From Escherichia phage IrisVonRoten, in the sequence record MZ501075: a stretch of DNA of 64,000 bases, one strand, 5' to 3'. A program made the translations under genes and the position numbers. Shown here piece by piece: positions 30,452 to 40,395 of this stretch. Under the pieces are notes generated by a model that saw only the letters and a list, made by a program, of their open reading frames with translations, ran no database searches and was not told where the DNA came from. Each line of letters opens with the position of its first letter. Within the stretch, counting starts at the first letter, position 1.

Positions 30452-31409
30452 ATTTCGCAGCTCTAGCCAAGATTCTATCAATGTCGCCTTGAGATAGCTT
30501 CTCGACTTCACGGAAGTAAAGTTCAAGTTCGCCCAACATATCAAGATCAACAAGATTTAACTTAGCATCTTTAGTAACTCGATGGTTAATCTTCTTATCT
30601 AGTAAATCAGAGTCTTTAATAGACTTTAATTGAACAACGTCACCAGTAACTTCGTAGACTACACGATCATAATCACTAGGTTCCATCTCTTCACCTGCTC
30701 CGATTGTTTTACGAATCAGTTGTGGTAAATCACCTAGTTCAATCCATTCTACTTTTAATGTGTTGGTATCAATGATAAAGCAACCATTTGTACCTTTTGT
30801 GCGTTCTCTATGGAACGATGTAGTTAATGGAGACCCTGGGTAGAGGAGTCTAGTAGGTCCGATAGTTTGGCTATTAGTATAAGAATGTAAATCACCAGCA
30901 ATTACAGTATCATAACAGTTGTACTTAGTTAGATCAATTTCTGGTTTTACATGTGGAGGGATTTCACCACGAATATGCGTGAAACATAGTTTTGATTCAG
31001 CAGGTTTCCACTTGGGTTTATGAATCTCATCATACGGAACAATATCAAATTCAGGGGAACGATATGGTTTGGTAATTACTTCCCACTTCCCACTAGTTAC
31101 TTTATTAATAACTCCCGCATAATGGTACAGACATGAAATGGTTTTAGTTAACATTTCATGATTTCCAGTAAAGATTTTGCCTGGATGGTCAAGTCTTGAC
31201 ATGAACTGTTCAAGCAGTTCTATTTCTTCTGACGACGGGTCGGCAACATCAAGTATATCACCACCAGCAATATGAAGATCACAGTTATGATTATGGAATA
31301 TATCATTTAACCGTTCTCCTAGCATCAGGAAGCGACGCTTCTGCCATTCCTTTGGAACTTTATCTTGTCCTAGTTTGATATGATGATCAGCACTAAATAA
31401 TATTCTCAT
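30432..31409 (-). CDS. SbcD/Mre11-like nuclease (T5 D12-like)
   Basis: 325 aa; calcineurin-like phosphoesterase motifs MRILFSADHH, GDILD, GNHE. Confidence 0.75.
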   Translation of the reverse strand: MRILFSADHHIKLGQDKVPKEWQKRRFLMLGERLNDIFHNHNCDLHIAGGDILDVADPSSEEIELLEQFMSRLDHPGKIFTGNHEMLTKTISCLYHYAGVINKVTSGKWEVITKPYRSPEFDIVPYDEIHKPKWKPAESKLCFTHIRGEIPPHVKPEIDLTKYNCYDTVIAGDLHSYTNSQTIGPTRLLYPGSPLTTSFHRERTKGTNGCFIIDTNTLKVEWIELGDLPQLIRKTIGAGEEMEPSDYDRVVYEVTGDVVQLKSIKDSDLLDKKINHRVTKDAKLNLVDLDMLGELELYFREVEKLSQGDIDRILARAAKYVKDYN

Positions 31410-31415
31410 TGGTTA

Positions 31416-31442
31416 AAAAGAAAGGGGCCGAAGCCCCTCTAT
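31416..31442 (-). terminator. rho-independent terminator (minus strand)
   Basis: minus-sense AGGGGC-TTCG-GCCCCT followed by TTCTTTTT. Confidence 0.6.
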
Positions 31443-31445
31443 TTA

Positions 31446-32219
31446 TTAGTCATCCAGATCGCTTGCAGCTTCGTGGTCAATACCTTTCTGGGAACCAGCA
31501 TTGCTGTTACCAGATTTGGCATCATCATCTTTATTCTCACGACCTTCCATGAAGGCTTGAATTGCTTCTTTCTGCTCTTCATAGGTAGGAACCGGATAGG
31601 TTTGTTCCAGAGAAGGAACTTTCTCAAACTTAATGATGTCGCCATCTTCATCACACATAGCTTCACCAATCAGATCTACATCCGCAGCATATTGCTTAGA
31701 TTCTGCACTGTTAGGATCTTGTAGCTTAATCTGGAACTGCATAGCAGCAATCTGCTGTACATCATACTCAGTATCGAAACCTTTGCCTTTTTTCTCGATA
31801 GAAATATCAATATCAAACGGAGTTGCCAGGTTCAACTGCTTCATGATAGACTGGATGCCTTTCAGAATAGTAGCTTTGACTTCCATTACTTTCAGTTTGT
31901 TATCGGAACGGTCGATAACAAAAGCGATATAGTTTTTCTTCGGTTTCAGCGGAACACGATTGCCATCTTTATCCAGCTCTTTCTCAAAGAAGCCCATCTC
32001 ATGAACCGGATCAGCTTTACCACGAACAAAGCTCTCTTTGTCGCGGTTAAAACGGAGACATTCGAAAGGAGCTACGCTACCTTCTTTATTAGTCAGCCAA
32101 TAGACATAACGTGGAAGAACACCAGAAACGATACGAACACGAGTGATACCGTTGTTGAACTTCAGGAATTCGATTTTATCGTTAGAACCGCCAGTAGTTT
32201 CGCCCCAAGACTTAGCCAT
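31446..32219 (-). CDS. hypothetical protein with acidic C-terminal tail (possible ssDNA-binding/recombination accessory protein)
   Basis: 257 aa; optimal codon bias suggesting high expression; C-terminus rich in D/E (..EAASDLDD); adjacent to SbcCD-like genes. Confidence 0.3.
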   Translation of the reverse strand: MAKSWGETTGGSNDKIEFLKFNNGITRVRIVSGVLPRYVYWLTNKEGSVAPFECLRFNRDKESFVRGKADPVHEMGFFEKELDKDGNRVPLKPKKNYIAFVIDRSDNKLKVMEVKATILKGIQSIMKQLNLATPFDIDISIEKKGKGFDTEYDVQQIAAMQFQIKLQDPNSAESKQYAADVDLIGEAMCDEDGDIIKFEKVPSLEQTYPVPTYEEQKEAIQAFMEGRENKDDDAKSGNSNAGSQKGIDHEAASDLDD

Positions 32220-32496
32220 ATTTTATTTCCTCTTTAAAGATTAATTTCGATTTGTTAATTGCGATTAGTGGGTTAGTGTCGATTACTAAACGTGGTATCC
32301 ATACTGGAACATATTGTATGTCCAAACTAGGATCGTTTGTAAACTTGTATTCGGCATAATTTCGTAGACTTAAAATTCCTAGATATTCTGCCAGTTGTCT
32401 ATTAGACAATTTATTTGGATTATCAACTATTGTTGATTCATTCAAAATGAATGAGGAACCGACCAATAATTGGTGAGCATCAGGCTCTGTAAGCAT
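32212..32496 (-). CDS. hypothetical protein
   Basis: 94-aa ORF; weak RBS. Confidence 0.25.
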   Translation of the reverse strand: MLTEPDAHQLLVGSSFILNESTIVDNPNKLSNRQLAEYLGILSLRNYAEYKFTNDPSLDIQYVPVWIPRLVIDTNPLIAINKSKLIFKEEIKYG

Positions 32497-32603
32497 TCTT
32501 TTGAATAACTTAATAATTAGGTCGGAATTTCCTCTAGCTAGTAAGTATAGCTTTTCATAATCGAAGAATTTAATTTTTGTTTTCTCCTCGAATTTATGTA
32601 TAT

Positions 32604-32633
32604 ATTATACTAGATTTCGAGAGAATTTAGCAA
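32604..32633 (-). promoter_or_regulatory. T5 early-type promoter (copy 1 of tandem pair)
   Basis: minus-sense TTGCTA-N18-TATAAT followed by ATATACATAAATTCGAGGAGAAA. Confidence 0.5.
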
Positions 32634-32704
32634 CTAAAATTTTTATTTTTCTGCTTCGGACTTTCTTATCAATCCGAAACTTTCTCTCTCAAATTTATGT
32701 ATAT

Positions 32705-32733
32705 ATTATACATCATTTATAAGCTGTTGCCAA
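32705..32733 (-). promoter_or_regulatory. T5 early-type promoter (copy 2 of tandem pair)
   Basis: minus-sense TTGGCA-N17-TATAAT followed by ATATACATAAATTTGAGAGAGAAAG; overlaps 3' end of helicase gene. Confidence 0.4.
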
Positions 32734-34069
32734 ATGCAATTTTAGCTAATTGAACTGCTTTCTCCGGAGTCATAGTAATAGTTTTCCATCCGTTGTTACG
32801 ATATACTGCCATACGTCCAGAAGCCTGTCTTAGTCCAGTGCCACCTTTCATAATTAGATCTACAACAATAGGGTCGAGTTTACCCTCGACAATACGTTGA
32901 ACACGGCCTGCAAGCTGTTCAATGAGAGATTCATTATTAATGAGGCTTCCCATTATTAAACAAGATAGCTCATTAAGGGAAATACCTTCAGAGAAGATAC
33001 TTTGAGCTGCTGCAAGTACACAAGGGGCACCTTTTGCTATATCTTTCTGAATTTTTAACCGATCATCAAGTGGGGTTGCGCCAATAATCTCATAGGTTGT
33101 GACGCCTCGCTGAGATAGTGCTTCTAGTACTGTTTGGATTAACTCTGTTCTATCACTTACAATGAGTACTTTATGTCCCATATTCACATATAAATGTGCT
33201 AGGTTTATAATAGTCTCTCGATATTCAGGATGATTATACACATCGTTAGCACGTAATGCCCACGGTACGTTTTGGTTTCCTGATAGCTCAACAGGCACGG
33301 AGTACCTATGGATTGTAGGTGCAACAGTATTATTAACCGGCGGGCTAAATATCTTATATCCAAAGAAATCTTTGAACATAACTTGCAAGCCATCCTTCCG
33401 TTTTAATGTTCCAGATAGTCCGATCTTATAGCGAGCACAGGATATTTCTAGGAAGTTAGTGAAAGTTGTAGCTACACAATGGTGAACTTCATCAACTATA
33501 ACAGTACCGAATACTTTAGAAAGATTATTCGCATGTTTATTCACTGTTTGAATATTACTGACTACAATTGGTGGATCAATATTATATTTCCCAGAACCTA
33601 TGATACCTGGTTCAAACCCAAACCATTTACGAACTTCTGCCGCCCACATTTCACGAATAGATGTGTTGGTACAAATTACCAAAGTTTTTTGGCCAAATTT
33701 ATACGCAAGTGCAAGGGCTAGGATAGTTTTACCAAATCCAGGCTTACCATTAATAATACAGGTATCATCGCATTCTTCGTATATTGGGAGCTGATCTTCT
33801 TCACGCAGTTTGAACTTAGGTTTTGGTATATCTACAGGAGCTAATGTGCGTTTATCGACTAATTCGTATTTTACTCCTTTAGCATCTAGTAAATCCAGAC
33901 GCGTGATAGGAATCCACTTAATCTCTTTAGCAACAACACCACTATTCTTATACATAATAGGGTATTTACTAGTCATTGTCTCAATGTGATAAGTGGTTTG
34001 CTTACTACAATAATCCCAAAGTTCATCATCGGGCTTGAAATAGGCTTTATTAGATATAACAACCTTCAT
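32717..34069 (-). CDS. SF2 DNA helicase (T5 D10-like)
   Basis: 450 aa (same as T5 D10 as recalled); Walker A GKPGFGKT, DEVHH box, C-terminal helicase domain. Confidence 0.75.
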   Translation of the reverse strand: MKVVISNKAYFKPDDELWDYCSKQTTYHIETMTSKYPIMYKNSGVVAKEIKWIPITRLDLLDAKGVKYELVDKRTLAPVDIPKPKFKLREEDQLPIYEECDDTCIINGKPGFGKTILALALAYKFGQKTLVICTNTSIREMWAAEVRKWFGFEPGIIGSGKYNIDPPIVVSNIQTVNKHANNLSKVFGTVIVDEVHHCVATTFTNFLEISCARYKIGLSGTLKRKDGLQVMFKDFFGYKIFSPPVNNTVAPTIHRYSVPVELSGNQNVPWALRANDVYNHPEYRETIINLAHLYVNMGHKVLIVSDRTELIQTVLEALSQRGVTTYEIIGATPLDDRLKIQKDIAKGAPCVLAAAQSIFSEGISLNELSCLIMGSLINNESLIEQLAGRVQRIVEGKLDPIVVDLIMKGGTGLRQASGRMAVYRNNGWKTITMTPEKAVQLAKIAFGNSL

Positions 34070-34563
34070 AATTTTATTCTAAGTCTAGGAATTTCAGGCT
34101 CCTCTTGATGGACTTGATAAATAACAGGGCTATTATTTATCAGGATATAGCTTATATAAGCTGGAACGTAGGATAATACAAATGGATAAGGGACTTTAGC
34201 CACATAGCATTGGTATTTTCCATTATAAATTCTAGCTGAATGCAAAACTTTAGAGGTGACAACATCATAGAACGTAGTTTTCTTCCAATTAATAAGATTT
34301 CCATCAGAATCTATAAATTGGTTACGCTTTGACCCAACTAATTGAGACAACATTGATATTCTACCCCTAATAGGATAGAGCTTATAGGGTAATTCTTTCC
34401 GTTTCTCAAATAGAATAAGCCTACGTTGAGAAAACGTGCCAGGCAACTTCCTGTTATCTAGCACATATTTATTATATCTTGTTGTAATTACGGAATAATC
34501 ACCTTCTTGCTCAATTGATACAAACGCCCGTAACGCATAGACGGGCAATTTGAAATTAAGCAC
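34066..34563 (-). CDS. hypothetical protein
   Basis: 165-aa ORF, AT-rich codon usage, overlaps neighbours by a few nt. Confidence 0.3.
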   Translation of the reverse strand: MLNFKLPVYALRAFVSIEQEGDYSVITTRYNKYVLDNRKLPGTFSQRRLILFEKRKELPYKLYPIRGRISMLSQLVGSKRNQFIDSDGNLINWKKTTFYDVVTSKVLHSARIYNGKYQCYVAKVPYPFVLSYVPAYISYILINNSPVIYQVHQEEPEIPRLRIKL

Positions 34564-37123
34564 CGAGAATCCTTTTCACGTTATCCAGATCTTTACATAC
34601 AGCAATAAACTTATCATCCTTGTACTTGCTGTGGTCTGGATGCTCTTTATCCATCGCAGCTAATTTCTTATACTCGAAATCTGCATCAAGTAGCATTTCT
34701 TTAACGTAACGAGTATATTCGTCATCATCAATACAAGCGATTGATGGGTGCTGTTTCTTCATCTTACCACAAGAATAGTCACGAGAACCTCCAGCTTCAG
34801 AATCTGAATCAATACCAATCGGACAGCCAGGAATACTGATACCACGGTCTTTCTGAATATTACGAATCAGGATTTCATTGTATTGGTCGATCAAATCCTC
34901 ACGAACAATAGCAACTACGGAGTCATGAACCAGCATAACAATCTTCATCTCTTGTTCTAAACCAAGAGAAATGATTTCATTATCTGCATCTACAGCACCT
35001 AAAAGGAGACTATCAGAAGAAGCAGACTGAATGATTGCGTTAAATCCAGAACGAATTTCTTCACCCTGAACGCCACGGTCCTCGGAGTGGATATTATGTA
35101 GACGACGTTTGCGACCAAAGTGACTATAGATAAATCCATGATTCTTGATCTGATCGTGGCACTTATCAATCCAACGCTTAAGCTGTGGGAATTGACTAAA
35201 GTAAGTCTCAATGTACTCTTTAGCATCTGCAACAGTACATTCAACAAACGGTTCACCAGTTTTGGCTGCTTGTTCGAGCAATGCTTCGTTAACAGAATGT
35301 GCTACTTTAGCCGGGCCAGAACCATACAAAATACCAAAGGTAATTGCCTTAGCTGCCTGACGTAGAGCTGGGAACAGCTTCTTAACATCACGAGGTTCAC
35401 ATTGCAATTTAAATACCATGTGGGCGATGTTAGAGTGGAAGTCAGGGTATTTATCAGGTTCATTTCTCATGTTGATAAATACTTGTTGCATATTTCTATC
35501 ACCAGATAGAACAGCAGCATAATAAACTTCCGCAGTTGTTAAGTCCCATGCGATTACACGGTATCCAGGTGGTGCAACTACACAACCCTTAATGATAGAT
35601 TCATCACGGGGTAACTGTTGCAGGTTCAGTTTACCAGAAGAACTCAGACGACCAGAAGTAGTCATGTGTTCGTGGAAACCAGTACGAATGCAACCATCAG
35701 CATCAATGCTCAGAAGAATCTTCTCAACGTAAGTAGAGATCAGCTTAGTCAGCTTACGAATCTCTAGTAGAGTCTTAGCAATTGGATGCTGTGTAGACAA
35801 TTCGTTCAGAGCTTCTGCGTCTGTAGAGTCTGCTCCAGTATCCGTCAATTTACCCGTTGGAGTTAAGCCAACATAATCAAACAGAAGAACACGGAGTTGT
35901 TTAACAGAGTTTGGGTTAAACGCTTCGTTCTGATCTTTCTCTAGCTGAACGACTTCTGGATAAGTATACAGCTTTTCACGAGCTTTATTCAGATTATGGG
36001 TTAACTGGTACTGAGCTTCTTTTAAACGATCAATAGAAATAGGTACACCACGATCCTCAACACGCTGGAGAAATACACAACCAGGCATTAGGACATCATA
36101 ATACAGACTGCAAAGTTTTTCATTCTTCTCAATTTTTGGTAAGAAGAAGTTGTGCAAACGTATGGTGGCATCGGTATCTTTTGCAGCGTAAGGCCACATA
36201 ATATCAAACGGAATTAAATCATAGGTGAAATCTTCTTTCTTGATTTTATGTGCTTTGCAGTAATCATCTTTGAACTTATCTAGTTCAAAGTCATAGTCAC
36301 CCATATCTGTATACTTCATTGCTAGAGATTTCAAGCCATGAGTACCACGACGCTCATCTAGAACATAATGCTGCAACATTGTATCATGGAGTCTGCGTTC
36401 TTTATGTGCTTTATCAAAAGTAAGTCCCAGATGGTACTTATAAAAGTGCATATCAAACTTCAAGTTGTGAAAAACAATAGTGTGGTTTTCACTATCCAGA
36501 ATTTTCTGGAGATAATATACTGCAACCTCTGTGAGACAATCAGAATCGATATATACACCCTGATACTCTTGGTGAGATATAGAAACACCAAGCAGATAAC
36601 CATCTCGACAGTATAGTGCTGAGGTTTCGGAGTCGAATGCGACAGGTCCGATAACCATATTATACACCATCTTGATATATTCTTCTGCCTCATCAGGGTC
36701 AGTAATAGGGCGGTAATCACCAGCTTTTGCAATCTTCTCACGACCATTGATAATATCGTGGATATTCTCTACTGTTGCATCAAAAACTGGTTTCATTTCA
36801 GGTTTAAAGTGTAACTGGGCTGGGCTGATACTCGCAATCCAGTTAGCATATCCATTATACTCTACACGTTTACCGGTATAATCACCAATACCTTTCTTAC
36901 CTGCAAAGTACAAGAAAGGTTCGGCACCTACCAGTATAACAAAATCATAGTCACTCGGGTCAAATGGGTTTTCCGGAGTCCCGATAGTAATATGCTTTTT
37001 GAGCAAACGACCGGACAACTTCTCGTTACACATATGGAATACATCAACTTCCTCGCCGTATAGCTGGAAATGTTTATCATAACGAGTGTTGTTTAGAGCT
37101 TTATCAACTACTGCGATTTTCAA
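34556..37123 (-). CDS. DNA polymerase, family A (T5 DNA polymerase-like)
   Basis: 855 aa (same as T5 polymerase as recalled); 3'-5' exonuclease and PolA palm motifs; TTG start preceded by AAGAGGAGA RBS. Confidence 0.9.
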   Translation of the reverse strand: MKIAVVDKALNNTRYDKHFQLYGEEVDVFHMCNEKLSGRLLKKHITIGTPENPFDPSDYDFVILVGAEPFLYFAGKKGIGDYTGKRVEYNGYANWIASISPAQLHFKPEMKPVFDATVENIHDIINGREKIAKAGDYRPITDPDEAEEYIKMVYNMVIGPVAFDSETSALYCRDGYLLGVSISHQEYQGVYIDSDCLTEVAVYYLQKILDSENHTIVFHNLKFDMHFYKYHLGLTFDKAHKERRLHDTMLQHYVLDERRGTHGLKSLAMKYTDMGDYDFELDKFKDDYCKAHKIKKEDFTYDLIPFDIMWPYAAKDTDATIRLHNFFLPKIEKNEKLCSLYYDVLMPGCVFLQRVEDRGVPISIDRLKEAQYQLTHNLNKAREKLYTYPEVVQLEKDQNEAFNPNSVKQLRVLLFDYVGLTPTGKLTDTGADSTDAEALNELSTQHPIAKTLLEIRKLTKLISTYVEKILLSIDADGCIRTGFHEHMTTSGRLSSSGKLNLQQLPRDESIIKGCVVAPPGYRVIAWDLTTAEVYYAAVLSGDRNMQQVFINMRNEPDKYPDFHSNIAHMVFKLQCEPRDVKKLFPALRQAAKAITFGILYGSGPAKVAHSVNEALLEQAAKTGEPFVECTVADAKEYIETYFSQFPQLKRWIDKCHDQIKNHGFIYSHFGRKRRLHNIHSEDRGVQGEEIRSGFNAIIQSASSDSLLLGAVDADNEIISLGLEQEMKIVMLVHDSVVAIVREDLIDQYNEILIRNIQKDRGISIPGCPIGIDSDSEAGGSRDYSCGKMKKQHPSIACIDDDEYTRYVKEMLLDADFEYKKLAAMDKEHPDHSKYKDDKFIAVCKDLDNVKRILGA

Positions 37124-37184
37124 ATTTAATCTCCTCTTGGTAAGTAAGTATAACTTCAGTGTTTCTTCTCTAACTTACCAATAT

Positions 37185-37214
37185 ATTATACCAAATCTTT
37201 AAGCGATTCAGCAA
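37185..37214 (-). promoter_or_regulatory. T5 early-type promoter upstream of DNA polymerase gene
   Basis: minus-sense TTGCTG-N18-TATAAT, overlapping 3' end of primase gene. Confidence 0.45.
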
Positions 37215-38076
37215 CTAAAATTTCAATACGTTTTGCTAACATATCAATCTCTTCTTTATTTAAGTCCCCAGGGTCTTTACCTTCAGGCAGAAGAAAGTTA
37301 GCAACTACAGGTGTTAAACGCGTTTTTGTACGAATTAGCTTGGCCAGTGCTTGTGCAGCTTTATTACCAGAAGCATCATTATCTAGTAAGATAACAACAA
37401 CTTTTACACCGGCAATAATATAAGGACTGAACTTATCTGCAATGTTATCTGAAGTAAACTGATGTGTACCAAAGCAGCAGGAAGCATAGTCTATACCATT
37501 ATCCTCTAGGTTCAGCATATCAAAGATACCTTCAACTAGAATAAGAACTGGAGTATTATATCGTACAGGAAAAATTGGTGGTGAAACTTGTTTTGGTTTT
37601 ACTAAGTATTTAGGAGGGGCAGAACTGTTTATAGAACGACCCAAAAATAGGATATTGCGTCCAACAGCATCTGTGATTGGGAATACAATTCTGCCTTCCC
37701 AGTCTGCTTGGTGTTGGAAAGCAAAATATTTCTTCAAGGTCTTAGAACTTATACCCCGGAAATCACCTTCGAAAAGGTAAGCAGATTCAGGGATTGCAAG
37801 ATTCGTTGATCCATTCCTAATCTCTGAAATCTTTTTACGTACTTGCGATAGCCTTGGGGACTGTCGGTACTGAGTCTCATTAAAATAATGGTAAATGCTC
37901 GGTATACCTTTACCGAAGCCACAACTCAAGCAGTGCATAATACCTGTTTCAGGGTCAATACGCAAACTTGGGTGTTTATCGTCATGATCTGGATTGAGAC
38001 AACAGATGAGGATGTCCCCACCTGTGTCCTTATATTCAATGCCTTTCAGATCAAGTAGTTCTGTTATTCTACTCAT
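37186..38076 (-). CDS. DNA primase (zinc-finger + TOPRIM)
   Basis: 296 aa; N-terminal CCLNPDHDDKHPS..CLSCG zinc finger; TOPRIM-like VEGIFD and DNDASG motifs. Confidence 0.7.
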   Translation of the reverse strand: MSRITELLDLKGIEYKDTGGDILICCLNPDHDDKHPSLRIDPETGIMHCLSCGFGKGIPSIYHYFNETQYRQSPRLSQVRKKISEIRNGSTNLAIPESAYLFEGDFRGISSKTLKKYFAFQHQADWEGRIVFPITDAVGRNILFLGRSINSSAPPKYLVKPKQVSPPIFPVRYNTPVLILVEGIFDMLNLEDNGIDYASCCFGTHQFTSDNIADKFSPYIIAGVKVVVILLDNDASGNKAAQALAKLIRTKTRLTPVVANFLLPEGKDPGDLNKEEIDMLAKRIEILVAESLKDLV

Positions 38077-39596
38077 ATATCGCTGGCCTGTTCACCTGTT
38101 GAATTTTCAGCTTTGTCTTTCTTAGCACGTTTAGATTGAGCCGGCTTATCCTTCTCAATAGGGATAACGAACTCAGCTTCCATTTGAGATATATCTTCCA
38201 TTGCTAGGTTGGTAGTGTTATCCATCCGCAGGGTTTCCCAGTTCATTTTAGGCATAAACTTCACGCTATCAGAAGAACGGGTCTTAACGAAGTCAAACAT
38301 AATAGCACCTTGACCATTATCAGCTTTTGCAGCATTAAGATTAGCAGCCATGTCTGCGGAATCAAGAATCCCCTTTGACATACGTGTTCTACCATCTTGA
38401 TCAATCTGGTAAGGAGCTACACCAGCCACGTTATGCTTCTGGCAGATGGATTTGAAAGACGAGCTAACAACCATCTGTTCTTTCCAGTCGTACATATCAA
38501 TGGTTTTAGAATCTGGAAGTCGGGTTTGGTTAATATAGTCAAGTAAAGCTACTGTAACTTTATCCCCATATCTAGCAACTAATTTATTTAATTCTACGTC
38601 AACTGTTGTAATAGACAGCTCAGGGTCATAAACAATAATCATAGGAGTATGTAGTTCATACCCTTCTATTAGCTTACTTTCCATATCGTAGAAATCACTC
38701 ATCTTAGCCATTGTGTACTGTTTAACGAAGTTATCGAAAAGCTCTTCACCACCGTTAAACATCCTAGCTCTAGTTCTGGCTAATCTCAACAGAGCTGCAC
38801 CTTCTAGAGTATTATTACGCATTGCTAGTGCTGATACACCAGCTAACATGGCTAGATTACGTCTAAATACTTCATGTTCTTTCATCTCAATTGAGAAGTA
38901 TGGAGCAATATCCCCATTCAAATATTGCTGAACCTGTATGTTTGAACAGATAATGGATTTACCAGTACCACGCCAACCACCAAGCAGTAACGTTTCTGTG
39001 CGAGCTAAACCAATTTGAGCGTCGAACTCATTACAAATACCAAGAGCGATTAAGTTCAGTTTGGTATCTTCTTCTCTCTGGAAAATACGCATGTTATCTG
39101 CGTTGAATACTTTTCCAGTATTCGTTACTTTCTCTTCTAATTTTAAGTGAAGGGAGGCAACTCGGTTAAGAATTTCTCCCTGATCCAGCATTGTTAAATC
39201 TTGAAGCACGTCTGTTTCTAGAAGCTTCAGGAATAAATCCTGTGTATACTCGGCCTCTAGGACTTCAAGTGCCTGTTCCATGCTAACTTCTGGAATTTGA
39301 GTGTTAGCTAAAACGACTAGAGCTTGAGAAAGGCGGGCGTTCCTATTAGCCTCAAGCATCAGTGCGTCAATGGACGGCATTGTGTTATATTTTTTATAAT
39401 AATTCTGGACGGCTTGGTAAATTGAGGAGAAAGCGTCACTAAAATGATCTTTATGCAGTTTTGAGAATGTTTCCAATGCTATTTGCTTCTGTTCGGAAGC
39501 TAGAAGCATCTTCAACACTACAGCTTGCACGTTAAACAAGGTCATTCTCCTTTGCACGCTTTCGTGCCTTCTAAATGCAAAAAGGGGAAGGAGCAT
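38073..39596 (-). CDS. replicative DNA helicase, DnaB-like
   Basis: Walker A GGWRGTGKS, RecA-like C-terminal domain; start uncertain (alternative ATG at 39545). Confidence 0.65.
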   Translation of the reverse strand: MLLPLFAFRRHESVQRRMTLFNVQAVVLKMLLASEQKQIALETFSKLHKDHFSDAFSSIYQAVQNYYKKYNTMPSIDALMLEANRNARLSQALVVLANTQIPEVSMEQALEVLEAEYTQDLFLKLLETDVLQDLTMLDQGEILNRVASLHLKLEEKVTNTGKVFNADNMRIFQREEDTKLNLIALGICNEFDAQIGLARTETLLLGGWRGTGKSIICSNIQVQQYLNGDIAPYFSIEMKEHEVFRRNLAMLAGVSALAMRNNTLEGAALLRLARTRARMFNGGEELFDNFVKQYTMAKMSDFYDMESKLIEGYELHTPMIIVYDPELSITTVDVELNKLVARYGDKVTVALLDYINQTRLPDSKTIDMYDWKEQMVVSSSFKSICQKHNVAGVAPYQIDQDGRTRMSKGILDSADMAANLNAAKADNGQGAIMFDFVKTRSSDSVKFMPKMNWETLRMDNTTNLAMEDISQMEAEFVIPIEKDKPAQSKRAKKDKAENSTGEQASDI

Positions 39597-39612
39597 AGCC
39601 CCCTCCCCTTAG
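39580..39612 (-). terminator. putative terminator (minus strand) after D5-like gene
   Basis: minus-sense AAGGGGAGG..CCTTCCCCTT imperfect hairpin followed by TTTTTG. Confidence 0.4.
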
Positions 39613-39627
39613 GTTTAATTTACCAGA

Positions 39628-40395
39628 TTATTCAGCAGCCGCAGCTTTTGCATCCAGTTTAGCACGCTTAGCGGCACCATCATAGTCCTTAGCAACCAGA
39701 CCACGACGAGACAGCATAGATTTAACACCGCGCTCAGACTTACCAGTTTTCTCAGCGATCTCAGCAACAGTCATGTTAGCCAGATCCAGACCTTCTAAAA
39801 GATCTTCACGAGTTTTAGCACTTGAAGTTTCCTGTACCGGCATAGCAGCGATACGACCTTCACGAAGCAGACTCAGAGCTTTACCACGGATCTGCTTGAT
39901 ATTACGACCGAAGTGAGCAGCGATAGCTTCAATAGTAGCTCCAGCAACAACCTGATTAACAAAGTCAGTTTCTTCATCCGGAGTGAAGGAACGAACAGCA
40001 GCAGCTTTTTCGGTCGGCTTAACAGATGCGGTCATTTCCAGACTCAAGATTTTACCCTGTACCTGCTTAGCACCGAACTGACCACCAGCTACAGCAGCAG
40101 CGATTTCAGCATAAGTATACTGACCAGCATGAGCGTTCAGGAAATCAACCAGTTCAGCTTCCTGCTCAGGAGTCCATGGGGATTTCTGTACTTCGTTAGC
40201 TTTCTGTACTTCGAAACCTTCTTTACGCAGCTTAGAGCCAACAGAGCGAGCGGTAACGTCTTTGCCAGTTTCAGCAGCCAGTTCAGCAGCGATAGCAGCT
40301 ACTTGTTCTTGAGAGATTACAGCAACACCCAGAGCAGTGGCTTTTGCTTTCAGAGACTCGGTTACACCTTCTACGTTCCAGTTCAGTTTAGACAT
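39628..40395 (-). CDS. DNA-binding protein with three HTH-like repeats (T5 D5-like)
   Basis: 255 aa; three repeats of pattern E-IAxxxG..........LxxxGL; strongly optimal codon usage. Confidence 0.45.
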   Translation of the reverse strand: MSKLNWNVEGVTESLKAKATALGVAVISQEQVAAIAAELAAETGKDVTARSVGSKLRKEGFEVQKANEVQKSPWTPEQEAELVDFLNAHAGQYTYAEIAAAVAGGQFGAKQVQGKILSLEMTASVKPTEKAAAVRSFTPDEETDFVNQVVAGATIEAIAAHFGRNIKQIRGKALSLLREGRIAAMPVQETSSAKTREDLLEGLDLANMTVAEIAEKTGKSERGVKSMLSRRGLVAKDYDGAAKRAKLDAKAAAAE

